The position numbers and the translations under genes are program-made. This document shows, one piece after another, positions 1 through 8,641 of a stretch of DNA of 64,000 nucleotides (the stretch's first letter is position 1; every line of letters begins with the position of its first letter). The notes under the pieces were generated by a model. It made no database searches and had not been told where the DNA came from. It saw only the letters and a list, made by a program, of their open reading frames with translations. Source of the DNA: Candidatus Aenigmatarchaeota archaeon (lineage in GTDB: Archaea; Aenigmatarchaeota; Aenigmatarchaeia; QMZP01; QMZT01); assembly GCA_026397315.1 (NCBI GenBank), contig JAPLVC010000006.1, positions 117,108 to 181,107 on the forward strand. Reading direction: 5' to 3'.

Positions 1-491
1 ATTTTCTGGCTCGGCAGTTCTATGAGCAACGAATCATTCGTCCTGAACTCGTTCTTGTCGGTCAGGATATTCCTGCCGTCGTGCAGGTTCAGCTGGAAGT
101 TCCCGCCCTTCACTATTTTCTTGTCCTGTATCCTGCAGAGTTTTTTGTCAGCCTCTTCAGCTTTTATGTCGTTGAGAAAAAGGCCGCTCTTGTTGACCAT
201 GACCCTGTAATGCTTGTCTATGCTCGGTATCTCGACGATGTCCATCAAGCCGACCGGGTAATTCGGATCCTTCCTGACTTTCTTGTCGACGAGAATCTCG
301 CCTTTCTTTATGACCATCGACGCCTCTTTTGCGTTCCTGCAGACCTTGAGGACGTCCCTCAGGACGACCAGAAGCGGTATGCACTCAAGCTTTTTGTGAG
401 GCCCCGGTCTGGGAGCTATGACGAACTTGCGCTCCTTTTTTGACATGTGCCAGTATTTCGGCATCGAGTATCTCTTGAGATGCATAATCAT
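1..491 (-). CDS. rps4e: 30S ribosomal protein S4e (3' part runs off the window start)
   Basis: Not in the ORF track. Manual translation gives M(IM)HLKRYSMPKYWHMSKKERKFVIAPRPGPHKKLECIPLLVVLRDVLK...DPNYPVGLMD...QLNLHDGRNIL. The start overlaps the L24 stop (ATGA); alternative start at 485. Confidence 0.95.
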   Translation of the reverse strand, partial: MIMHLKRYSMPKYWHMSKKERKFVIAPRPGPHKKLECIPLLVVLRDVLKVCRNAKEASMVIKKGEILVDKKVRKDPNYPVGLMDIVEIPSIDKHYRVMVNKSGLFLNDIKAEEADKKLCRIQDKKIVKGGNFQLNLHDGRNILTDKNEFRTNDSLLIELPSQK

Positions 492-931
492 TCACCCTTC
501 GCTTTATCCGTGTCTTTTACTGCCTTTGTTTTTTCAGCCTTGTTATTTGGCCTCGAGCGCTCCACAATCATCTGCCTTCTCTTGTCGTCCATCTTGGGAT
601 CGACCAGCAGGATGTTGGACGGATGAACAGATTTCATGATTTCGGAGCCGTCGACTTTCTTGACAGTGTGGCCTTCTATGTAAATCTTGCTGTGTTTCAG
701 GTCAACCCTGTCGACCTTGCCCTTGTGACCAGCGTTGGAGCCGCGCATTATCTTTACCTCGTCTCCTTTCCTGATAGGAAGCGAACGCTTGCCGAACCTG
801 TTTCTCAGTGCTTCGGAAAGATGGGCCGAGACGAATTTCTGCCTGATGTGCAGGGGAGCGTTGTACACATATTTCCTCTGCTTCCTCGGCTGCGTGCTCG
901 AGACCCACTTGTTTGACCATGCTTTTTTCAT
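488..931 (-). CDS. rpl24: 50S ribosomal protein L24 (uL24)
   Basis: SSTQPRKQRKYVYNAPLH, KOW motif IRKGDEVKIMRG, VHPSN; operon position. Confidence 0.97.
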   Translation of the reverse strand: MKKAWSNKWVSSTQPRKQRKYVYNAPLHIRQKFVSAHLSEALRNRFGKRSLPIRKGDEVKIMRGSNAGHKGKVDRVDLKHSKIYIEGHTVKKVDGSEIMKSVHPSNILLVDPKMDDKRRQMIVERSRPNNKAEKTKAVKDTDKAKGE

Positions 932-932
932 A

Positions 933-1331
933 TCATACCACTATCGTTGCGATTTTGCCGACGGACGGGAAGCGCTCGACCGCTTCTTTAGCGACCGGTC
1001 CCTTTATCTGCGTTCCCTTCGGCTCGCCTTTATCGTCAATTATGACCGCGGCGTTGTCCTCGAACTGGATGCGTATGCCGTCTGCCCTAGCGAACTCCCT
1101 TCGCTGGCGGATAATGACAGCTCTGAAGACCTGATGACGGACCTTTTCATCGCCGCTGTAAACCCTGCAGAAGATGAGGTTTCCTACGCCGGCTTTCGGG
1201 CGCATCCTTCTGCGGCCCTTGTAGCCACTGGCTGCTATCATTTCCAAAATCTTAGCTCCGCTGTTGTCAGCGCATTTGAGCTGCGTCTTCGTGAAGACGC
1301 CGTAAGTCATCTTGGATGTTAAGCCTTTCAT
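933..1331 (-). CDS. rpl14: 50S ribosomal protein L14 (uL14)
   Basis: CADNSGAK, FEDNAAVIID, KGTQIKGPVAKEA. Confidence 0.98.
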   Translation of the reverse strand: MKGLTSKMTYGVFTKTQLKCADNSGAKILEMIAASGYKGRRRMRPKAGVGNLIFCRVYSGDEKVRHQVFRAVIIRQRREFARADGIRIQFEDNAAVIIDDKGEPKGTQIKGPVAKEAVERFPSVGKIATIVV

Positions 1332-1332
1332 T

Positions 1333-1695
1333 TCATTCCCCTTTCGCTTTCTGCACGTTGACTATGACGAAATTTTTGGTTTTCGAGAGCGGCCTGCATT
1401 CCGCGACCGTGACGAAATCGCCTTCCCTAGCCTTCATGCACGGAGGGTTGTGGGCGACTATGCTGGACCTTCTCCTCTCGAATCTCTGGTATTTTTTGAC
1501 GAACCTGTGGTAGCCCCACTCGATGATGGCCGTGTTCTTTGCTTTCGTCGATTTTACCTTGCCTTCGAAAATTCTGCCGCGCACAGGAAGCTTTCCGTGC
1601 CACGCGCACTTTATGTCAGAACATGATTCCTTTGGCTGGGGCAAACCGAGGCCGATATCTCTTTCTTTTGTTTTACCGGACGTCATAATATTCAC
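1333..1695 (-). CDS. rps17: 30S ribosomal protein S17 (uS17)
   Basis: C-D-KC-WHG-L-VRGRIFEG, KKYQRFERR, ECRPLSKTK. Confidence 0.97.
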   Translation of the reverse strand: MNIMTSGKTKERDIGLGLPQPKESCSDIKCAWHGKLPVRGRIFEGKVKSTKAKNTAIIEWGYHRFVKKYQRFERRRSSIVAHNPPCMKAREGDFVTVAECRPLSKTKNFVIVNVQKAKGE

Positions 1696-1814
1696 ATAGA
1701 TGGATGTATTATTTAAATATTATATATTAATAGTTTTGACATATTCTTACAGATTATATAGGTTTATGGATTATACTAATAGCGTGAAATACTTATAAAG
1801 CCACTGGCTCGTGA

Positions 1815-2093
1815 CTACCAAGTCCTGAGCTTCTTTTTTATCCTGTCTTCGGGCCGGCCGACGATGATTCTTCCGTCAACCCTGACCCATGCGGAGCCTA
1901 TCTGAAAGGAGAAAATGCCCGTTTCTTTCGCTATCGAAATTTCGCTGCCATCAGCCTTTTCTATGACCAGCATGTTCCTCGTCTCGTTAATCACTTTTCC
2001 GGCCAGGCCAACCAGTTTCCTGTCGGTATCGCCGACTATTTTTATTTTGAGGCCTATGAGTTCGTGCCTGACCAGGTTTTCCGGGGTTATCAT
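1815..2093 (-). CDS. rnp1: Ribonuclease P protein component 1 (Rpp29/POP4)
   Basis: MITPENLVRHELIGL...G-V-NETRNML...GRPEDRIKK. True start is probably ATG 2093; the ORF-track extension overlaps SUI1. Confidence 0.93.
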   Translation of the reverse strand: MITPENLVRHELIGLKIKIVGDTDRKLVGLAGKVINETRNMLVIEKADGSEISIAKETGIFSFQIGSAWVRVDGRIIVGRPEDRIKKKLRTW

Positions 2094-2155
2094 AAATAGA
2101 ATATATTCTCCTGTTTGTAAAAAACTTCCTGTCCGTTGTCCCAGCGACTTTGCTA

Positions 2156-2461
2156 TCAGGAGACTTCTATTTTTTCCGTCGGGAAACCGATTCTTACGAG
2201 CAAGTCCTTTATCTTCTTCCTGTGGTCTCCCTGCAGCTCTATGACGCCGTCCTTCAGCGTGCCGCCGCATGCCAGCTTCATTTTAAGCTCTTTTAGGACG
2301 TTCTTTACGTCGACGTCCTTGCTTATGCCCATGACAGTCGTGACGCTCTTGCCGAATCTCTTCTTTATCGAGGATATCCGTATCTTTTCCTCTTCCTTGG
2401 CTATTGTCTGGCATGCGCATATGTCCTTTGGCAGGCCGCAATTGGGGCAAATTTCTGTCAT
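2156..2461 (-). CDS. sui1: Translation initiation factor SUI1/aIF1
   Basis: MTEICPNCGLPKDIC-C, LKMKLACGGT, IELQGDH; GGAGGGTG upstream of ATG 2461. Confidence 0.95.
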   Translation of the reverse strand: MTEICPNCGLPKDICACQTIAKEEEKIRISSIKKRFGKSVTTVMGISKDVDVKNVLKELKMKLACGGTLKDGVIELQGDHRKKIKDLLVRIGFPTEKIEVS

Positions 2462-2550
2462 TTCCTTAAAACACCCTCCGCTATTGAGAAAATGATGCTT
2501 TTTGTGTCCGAGAGAATAAGGCCTTTCGCTGAGTTGGAATAAGCCATCAT

Positions 2551-2754
2551 TCATTTCTTCCTTTTCTCTCTTTTAATAGTTTTTATCCTGGCAAGGGTCC
2601 TGCGCACTTCCCTTATCCTGCCGGGCGACGTGACGGATGCACCGATGTGTATGTTGGCGCGCTCCTTCGCGAGTTCGAGGTTAAGGTCCCTCGTCTGCTT
2701 TTCGAGTTCCTTTTCGTCCATTTTCCTGATGTCTTTCGGCCTGAGAATCGCCAT
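2551..2754 (-). CDS. rpl29: 50S ribosomal protein L29 (uL29)
   Basis: MAILRPKDIRKM...PGRIREVRRTLARIKT. Confidence 0.96.
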   Translation of the reverse strand: MAILRPKDIRKMDEKELEKQTRDLNLELAKERANIHIGASVTSPGRIREVRRTLARIKTIKREKRKK

Positions 2755-2759
2755 AAGAA

Positions 2760-3422
2760 TTACTCCTTCGTCGCTTCCTTTTCCTTCGCCTCTTCCTTGG
2801 GTTTTGTCTCGTGCTTTTTCGGCTTTTCTTTTTTCGTCTCCACCTTGTCGGTCGCTAATATCGGCACGGACTTCATTATCTTGACCTTGACGCCTATCTT
2901 GCCGGGCTTGGTCTGCGCTTCCTCGAACGCCGAGTCGACGAGCTCCTTCGCCGGCTGGCCGCAGTGTTTCAGGTAGCCCTGAAGGAACTTGCCAGTTCTC
3001 GATTTCGAGCCGCCCAGCTTGCCGGCTATCACTATCTCGACTCCGACCGCTCCTGCGTCCATGATCCTCTTGAGCATGATGTTGCCGATTTTCTTGTAGT
3101 TGTATCCCTTCTCGAGCGCGGTCGTTATTTTCTTCGCCATGATTTTTGCGTCGAGGTCCGGCCTGTTTATCGACTTGACGTCGACCTGCGGGTTCTCCAG
3201 CTTGAACTCGGCCTTCAGCCTGTCGGTCATCTCGTTTATCTTCCTGCCGCCGGAGCCGATTATCCTGCCCGGTCTGTCCGTGTGGATGATTATTTTTATG
3301 CCGAGTGGCGTCCGTTCGAGCTCGATTTTCGAGTAGCTCTCCTCCGGGAAGTATTTCTTGATGAACGCCTCTATTCGCATCTTCCTTACAGAGTAATCCA
3401 CGAAGAATTTTTTCATCAACAT
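2760..3422 (-). CDS. rps3: 30S ribosomal protein S3 (uS3)
   Basis: KH domain RPGRIIGSGGRKI, MDAGAVGVEIVIAGKL, KPGKIGVKVKI. Confidence 0.96.
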   Translation of the reverse strand: MLMKKFFVDYSVRKMRIEAFIKKYFPEESYSKIELERTPLGIKIIIHTDRPGRIIGSGGRKINEMTDRLKAEFKLENPQVDVKSINRPDLDAKIMAKKITTALEKGYNYKKIGNIMLKRIMDAGAVGVEIVIAGKLGGSKSRTGKFLQGYLKHCGQPAKELVDSAFEEAQTKPGKIGVKVKIMKSVPILATDKVETKKEKPKKHETKPKEEAKEKEATKE

Positions 3423-3433
3423 AACATCATACC

Positions 3434-3817
3434 TTATTTCTGGTGCAGGACAATCTGCACGTTCGTCACCTTTTTCTGCATCCTCTTCATTTTAGTTCGC
3501 CTTGGCCTGTAGAAAGTGAAACCCTGGTGCGCCGAAGCGTAAATAATCATCCTTGTCGTGTCGAGGCCCTTGAACTCGGCGTTCGATTCAGCTGATTTCA
3601 GGAGGCTGAGAATCTCCTTGGTCGTGTTCGTGTAGAACTTACCCTCGAGATTCCGCTTGCCATTCAGCAGGTCATCCAAAAGGCTCTTGCCCTTGATGAG
3701 ATTCATGCCGGAAATCACCCTGCAGATTATGACGGAGCTCTTCGTTGAAATCGAGAGCGACCTGCCATAGGCTCTGGCCGACTTCTTCGGATTCAGTTCA
3801 AGAGCGTATTTTAACAT
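3434..3817 (-). CDS. rpl22: 50S ribosomal protein L22 (uL22), short form
   Basis: ISTKSS-IIC-VISG, LLKSAESNAEFKGLD; operon position. Confidence 0.93.
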   Translation of the reverse strand: MLKYALELNPKKSARAYGRSLSISTKSSVIICRVISGMNLIKGKSLLDDLLNGKRNLEGKFYTNTTKEILSLLKSAESNAEFKGLDTTRMIIYASAHQGFTFYRPRRTKMKRMQKKVTNVQIVLHQK

Positions 3818-3828
3818 ACAGTATCACT

Positions 3829-4209
3829 TTACTTGAGCGGCACGAACTTCGAGGATCTAGTCGCGCCGAAACCGGGGGCAGAGTGCTTTACCTGCTTCCT
3901 GGTGGGCGAAAATTCTCCGAGCCTGTGGCCCAGCATGTCCGCCTTCATCTCGAGTATCACGTACTCGCGTCCGTTGTAAACGCCTATCTTTACGCCTACC
4001 ATTTCAGGCAGTATGAGCATGTCCCTTTCGTGGGTGCGGTGGAATTTCTTGGGGTTCTTCCTTATCTTCTCGAGCAGCTTCTTCTGCTTCTCGGTCATTC
4101 CCCTCTTAAGACTTCGTCTTTGTCTCGACTTCAGCAGGTTGCTGAACTCTTCCATGTTGAGCTTGCTTATGTCTTCGAATTTTTTCCCGCGGAATTCAAA
4201 TTTCGCCAT
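3829..4209 (-). CDS. rps19: 30S ribosomal protein S19 (uS19)
   Basis: RTHERDMLILPEMVG, MLGHRLGEFSPTRK, GATRSSKFVPLK. Confidence 0.98.
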   Translation of the reverse strand: MAKFEFRGKKFEDISKLNMEEFSNLLKSRQRRSLKRGMTEKQKKLLEKIRKNPKKFHRTHERDMLILPEMVGVKIGVYNGREYVILEMKADMLGHRLGEFSPTRKQVKHSAPGFGATRSSKFVPLK

Positions 4210-4242
4210 ACAGCATCACATTAAGTTATCCTTATTCTACTT

Positions 4243-4917
4243 TTATATCTTACCTTTCCTGCGGCCCGTTCTCCTCGCGCCCCATGCACCGACCTTTTGT
4301 CCCGGTGGAGCGTGCCTGCTGACAGTCTTGGGCCTTCCCGGCCTGGTGGCGCCTCCGAACGGGTGGCACAGCGGAGTCATGGCGCCTCCTGATGTTCGCG
4401 GATACTTTTTGCCGCGCGTGCGCATGGCCTTGAATCTCTTGCCTGCCTTCAGCCACGGCTTGTCTTTAAGGCCATCGCCTGCCGGCGTTCCGATGCTTGC
4501 CCTGCAGTTTAGGTCGAATTCTTTAGTCTTTTTCGAAGGCAACTGGACAATGCATCTGTCTTTCGCCTTCGTGAGAAGGATTGCGAACGTCCCCGGCGTG
4601 TTGCAGAGTTTCGGTCCGGAGTGCGGGAACAGCTCGATGCCGAATATCTGGGAACCCAATGGAATGCTGGAAAGCGTCTGGATGTAGTTGGTTGTGCTGT
4701 CGCCGACCTTTATGCCATGGGGTGCGATAAGGTAGCTTATTTTACCGTCCGAATACTTGACTTTCGCGACGGGCGCGTTTCTCCCGGGGTCGTCGACTAT
4801 GTCGATGACATTACCGCCGAAGTTCCTGTATTCAACGTTTATCCACTTGCCTCTCCTGGGGACCCTGTAAGTAGGCGTTCCCCGTCCCTTTCTTTGCGAC
4901 CTTATCCTTTTTCCCAT
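4243..4917 (-). CDS. rpl2: 50S ribosomal protein L2 (uL2)
   Basis: MGKRIRSQRKGRG, DPGRNAP, HPFGG, APPGQKVG-WGARRTG. Confidence 0.98.
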   Translation of the reverse strand: MGKRIRSQRKGRGTPTYRVPRRGKWINVEYRNFGGNVIDIVDDPGRNAPVAKVKYSDGKISYLIAPHGIKVGDSTTNYIQTLSSIPLGSQIFGIELFPHSGPKLCNTPGTFAILLTKAKDRCIVQLPSKKTKEFDLNCRASIGTPAGDGLKDKPWLKAGKRFKAMRTRGKKYPRTSGGAMTPLCHPFGGATRPGRPKTVSRHAPPGQKVGAWGARRTGRRKGKI

Positions 4918-4933
4918 GTTAAACCAACATAAT

Positions 4934-5278
4934 TTATATCATGCCAAGCTTTGAGGCGATGTCCGCCGCCGAGAACTCGGGGCTTATCTTGATATACGCC
5001 TTCTTCTGGCCGCGGGTCGTTATCTCCGTCTTGACCCACTTGACCTTGACGCCGAACTCGCTTTCTACCGCTTCTTTTATCTCCTTCTTGTCGGCGTCTT
5101 TGCTGACTATGAAAACAAGCTTGTTCTCAAGCTCGACCATGTTCATGGATTTTTCCGTAAGGTGCGGGTAGCTTATGATTGACCACGCATCCTTCGTCTT
5201 TGGTGATGGCTTTGCTTTCTCAACTTTAATATCCCTTTCTTCCTTTTTCGGTTTAGCAGCTTTACTTTGCTCTGCCAT
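4934..5278 (-). CDS. rpl23: 50S ribosomal protein L23 (uL23)
   Basis: YPHLTEKSM-MVELENKLVFIV, GQKKAYIK, DIASKLGMI. Confidence 0.96.
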   Translation of the reverse strand: MAEQSKAAKPKKEERDIKVEKAKPSPKTKDAWSIISYPHLTEKSMNMVELENKLVFIVSKDADKKEIKEAVESEFGVKVKWVKTEITTRGQKKAYIKISPEFSAADIASKLGMI

Positions 5279-6077
5279 GGACACCAAGCTCCTTCATTTC
5301 GTTTATGGCTGATTTCGTGTAAATAGCAAACCGTCCGGGCACAGTTCCTGGAGCGAGCATGCTGACTTTAAGATCCTTCGCCAGCGAGACGTCGACTCCC
5401 CGGATGTTGCTTATCGCCTTCATAACGCCTTCGTCCTTCCCTATGATTATGACCGGGCCTTTCTTGCCCCTGTAGCGTCGGCCGCGCATCTTGCCCCTGC
5501 CGGCGCGCACCTTCTTTTGAGAGCATCGCGTCAGCTCCTGTGCAAGGCCAAGCTTCATAAGAATCGCGACGACTTCGGACGTCTTGTTTATCTTCTGGAA
5601 ATCATCTTCTATAACGATGGGAACGTGCTTCGCTTCGGTTATTATGTGGCCTCTCTGCGTGACCAGCTCCTTTACGAGCGTCGCGGAGAGCGCGGACATG
5701 AGCGCTTTCATGTGCTCTTTCTGGTTCATCTTCATCGCCCAGACTCTCTCGATTTTCGGCGGGTGAGCTCTTCGTCCCTTTCGGGTGCGCGGGTTGAACC
5801 TTGCCGTCATGTTAAGATTACCCTGGCTGTGGATTCTTTTCTGCCTGGCCATTTCCCTGTTCATCTGCGAGTAGCGCGAATGCCTCATGCCGTGGTAATG
5901 CGCAGAAGTGCGATGGCCTGCAAGCGGGTCGCTCGCATATGGTTGACGCGTTTTGCTCGCTTCGACGACGACAGCTTTCTGAATAAGGTCTTTGCGCACT
6001 TTTTCGTCGAAAGCCTTGGGTAAGGAAATCTTTTCTTTCTCCTTCCCTGCCATGTCGAATACGGGCAACGTGTGCAT
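5262..6077 (-). CDS. rpl4: 50S ribosomal protein L4 (uL4)
   Basis: RQPYASDPLAG, GRRAHPPK, RAGRGKMRGRRY, LAPGTVPGRF. Confidence 0.97.
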   Translation of the reverse strand: MHTLPVFDMAGKEKEKISLPKAFDEKVRKDLIQKAVVVEASKTRQPYASDPLAGHRTSAHYHGMRHSRYSQMNREMARQKRIHSQGNLNMTARFNPRTRKGRRAHPPKIERVWAMKMNQKEHMKALMSALSATLVKELVTQRGHIITEAKHVPIVIEDDFQKINKTSEVVAILMKLGLAQELTRCSQKKVRAGRGKMRGRRYRGKKGPVIIIGKDEGVMKAISNIRGVDVSLAKDLKVSMLAPGTVPGRFAIYTKSAINEMKELGVHGRAK

Positions 6078-6163
6078 AAAGCGTCTCTTATTTTATTATT
6101 ATCCTATATATACGGTCAATGTAATGACACTTATTTATGTTAAACTAATTTAAATATATATAG

Positions 6164-6196
6164 TAAGCTCTTTTCAGGAAAGAGCTTAAGCAGAAA
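6164..6196 (+). repeat. Hairpin element, intergenic copy (family also found in tRNA introns)
   Basis: TAAGCTCTTTTCAGGAAAGAGCTTAAGCAGAAA matches 15674-15704 except for a 2-nt loop insertion. Further small hairpins follow to about 6260. Confidence 0.85.
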
Positions 6197-6297
6197 GGAG
6201 CATCGCTCCACTGCGTTTCGCTCGCTTCCTGGTGTCCAAAATCCGTCTTAAAGGCGGTGTTGGCAAAATGGTTTAAGGAAGCCGATATATAAACCTT

Positions 6298-6534
6298 GTG
6301 GTTACCTTGGCGTTCAAGAAAGACGAGATTCATGTGAAGGAGCTGAGCAGGAAGACCAAGGTCATCGTCGCGTTCCTGTGTTTTGCAGCTATCCTGCTGC
6401 TTGTTTACCTGACCGTATATGCATATAACAACGTGAGCCCGTTCATTGCCCTGCTGCTGATGCTGGTCCTGCTCATAGTGGCGGTGGTGGCGATTTTCGC
6501 GCTCGACGTCGCTCTTTACAGGGAAATATCGTAA
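6298..6534 (+). CDS. Small two-TM membrane protein
   Basis: Two hydrophobic helices; ATATATAAA shortly upstream; start uncertain. Confidence 0.7.
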   Translation: MVTLAFKKDEIHVKELSRKTKVIVAFLCFAAILLLVYLTVYAYNNVSPFIALLLMLVLLIVAVVAIFALDVALYREIS

Positions 6535-6566
6535 TCAGGAAAAAGAAGATTCAGACCTGTTTCTGC

Positions 6567-7298
6567 TTACGGTTTATCGAGTGTTTCGAGAAACTCTTTT
6601 TCAAGGAAGTGCAGCTTGCCCGGGATTATTATGACTGCAGGCGCGGGCAGTTCTATGTCCGCCAGGTCGCTGGTTTTGCCGTAAATGACGCGCTCGTTCT
6701 CGGAGCCGAGCGCCGAGCATATGACCGCCTCTTTCAGCAGGCTGCTCTTCTTCGCACTCTCGATGGAGAACAGGATGTCGAAAGCCTGCTTTGTTCCCAT
6801 GTTTACGTCCAGCAGCATGAGCGTGTGCAGTCCCTGTTTCTGGTTCTCGGCAAGAGCGTCGTAGAAGCCTTCGCTAGCGTAACCCTTCGCAGGCGTTATT
6901 ACGGTCGCCGTCCTGCCGAACTTGTACAGCTGAAGGCCGCTCTTCGCGATGGCAGTGTAAATCGATGAAGCATGCACGACTTCGTAATCAACTTTCTTCT
7001 GTTTGCATTCCATCACCAGATGGACGTGCGTCGTCGCAGTTAGCGGGTCGCCAGGCGCTAGCAACGCGACGTGCTTCGTCTTCGCTTCCTCGATGAGCTT
7101 GGCTGAATCGTCTTCGACGTCGGAGCGCTCGACGACCTGAATTTTTTTACCTACAAGCTTCTCCAGCTTCGCCAGGTCGCCTCCCCACGCGGCCGTGTAG
7201 AGCTCGCAGTAGAGCTTGTCCGCACGCTTGCAGGCTTCGATGCCGCGAATCGAAATGTCACGCTCGTCCCATATGCCAAGGCCTATCAATGAAAGCAT
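6567..7298 (-). CDS. dph5: Diphthine synthase
   Basis: MLSLIGLGI-DERDIS-RG, ELYT, GDPLTATTH, GLQLYKFGRT, GLHTLMLLD, LHFLEKE. Confidence 0.96.
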   Translation of the reverse strand: MLSLIGLGIWDERDISIRGIEACKRADKLYCELYTAAWGGDLAKLEKLVGKKIQVVERSDVEDDSAKLIEEAKTKHVALLAPGDPLTATTHVHLVMECKQKKVDYEVVHASSIYTAIAKSGLQLYKFGRTATVITPAKGYASEGFYDALAENQKQGLHTLMLLDVNMGTKQAFDILFSIESAKKSSLLKEAVICSALGSENERVIYGKTSDLADIELPAPAVIIIPGKLHFLEKEFLETLDKP

Positions 7299-7354
7299 GA
7301 ATAGAATTTCATTCGCGATTTTAATAGTTTTAAACCTTTGAGTGAAATCTGAAT

Positions 7355-8641
7355 ATGGCAGCTCACAACGATCTTTTCATGGCGACTCTTGACAACGACG
7401 CGGGTTTCGACCTGGGCGATTTCGCCAGGAAAAGCGGCAAGAAAGCTTATTTCACGTGGCACGTCGATGAAGGCGGGGGCAGCATAAACTCCTCACCTGT
7501 CATAAAGGGCAGTCACGTTTACATCGCCTCTCTCGACGGCTACATTTACAAACTTGAAAAAGCAGACGGAAAACTGGTGTGGAAATTCAAGGCTGGCGGC
7601 ATGTTCAGTGACGCTCATCCTGTCATAAAGGACGGCATAATCTATCTCGGCTGCTATGATCACAACATGTATGCTATCGACGAAACGACGGGCGAGGAGC
7701 TCTGGAGGTTCAGGACCGGCGGCAAGATAGACGGTTCGACCGTTCTACTGATTGACGACATGGCGATATTCAGTTCAAGGGATTATTACGTTTATTCCAT
7801 ACACCGGAAAACCGGCAAGATGATATGGGCTTTCAGGACCGGCGGCTGGTCGTATTCCTGCCCAACCGAACACGAAGGTAAAATATTAGTCAGCTCCTCG
7901 GACGGCAACATGTATTGCCTTAGCAAAGAAGGCAGAGAGATCTGGAGATTCAAAACGGGCGGCAATATTTTCATGCAGGACAGGCTATGCATACGCGATG
8001 GCGTAGCTTATTTCGGTTCGGATGATTTCAACGTATACGGCGTGCGGCTTTCGGATGGCAAAGAAGCCTGGCGCTTCAGGTGCGGCAGCTACGTGAATGT
8101 CATGCCGACAATACATGACGGCATTATTTACATATCATCTGACGACGAGAATTTCTATGCAGTCGACCTGGCCACGGCAAGAACAATCTGGAAGTTCAGG
8201 ATGGGCGAGCGTGCGGCCGGCAGCATGCCGGTCATACTTGGAAACAACGTGATATTCGGCTCCGCCGACCACAACGTGTATTGTCTTGATGCAAAGACCG
8301 GCAAAGAGGTCTGGCGCTTCAAAACTTACGGCCACATTTTCGGTGAGACTGTGATTGAGAACGGCAGAATATACGTGCCTTCATACGACTGCCATCTTTA
8401 TTGCATCACTATCGATGGCGAACTGATATGGAAGTTCCGCACGTCCACCATTAGGCAGAGCACATACAAATACGAAGAGGAAACCGTCATCGAATTCAAC
8501 GCGCCCAAATTCGAGGAAACTGCAGACGAGAAAGAAGATAGGTATGCAGTCAGTGCTGAAAACGTCGTGAGCCACGATTACGCCTTCAAGAGCGAGTACT
8601 CTTTCAAATCAGAATATCAGACCAAGAGCGAGTACGCCTGA
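7355..8641 (+). CDS. PQQ/BamB-like beta-propeller repeat protein with acidic KSEY-repeat tail
   Basis: About eight repeats of Y-GS-D--vYal---tGke-W-F-tgg. Confidence 0.9.
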   Translation: MAAHNDLFMATLDNDAGFDLGDFARKSGKKAYFTWHVDEGGGSINSSPVIKGSHVYIASLDGYIYKLEKADGKLVWKFKAGGMFSDAHPVIKDGIIYLGCYDHNMYAIDETTGEELWRFRTGGKIDGSTVLLIDDMAIFSSRDYYVYSIHRKTGKMIWAFRTGGWSYSCPTEHEGKILVSSSDGNMYCLSKEGREIWRFKTGGNIFMQDRLCIRDGVAYFGSDDFNVYGVRLSDGKEAWRFRCGSYVNVMPTIHDGIIYISSDDENFYAVDLATARTIWKFRMGERAAGSMPVILGNNVIFGSADHNVYCLDAKTGKEVWRFKTYGHIFGETVIENGRIYVPSYDCHLYCITIDGELIWKFRTSTIRQSTYKYEEETVIEFNAPKFEETADEKEDRYAVSAENVVSHDYAFKSEYSFKSEYQTKSEYA

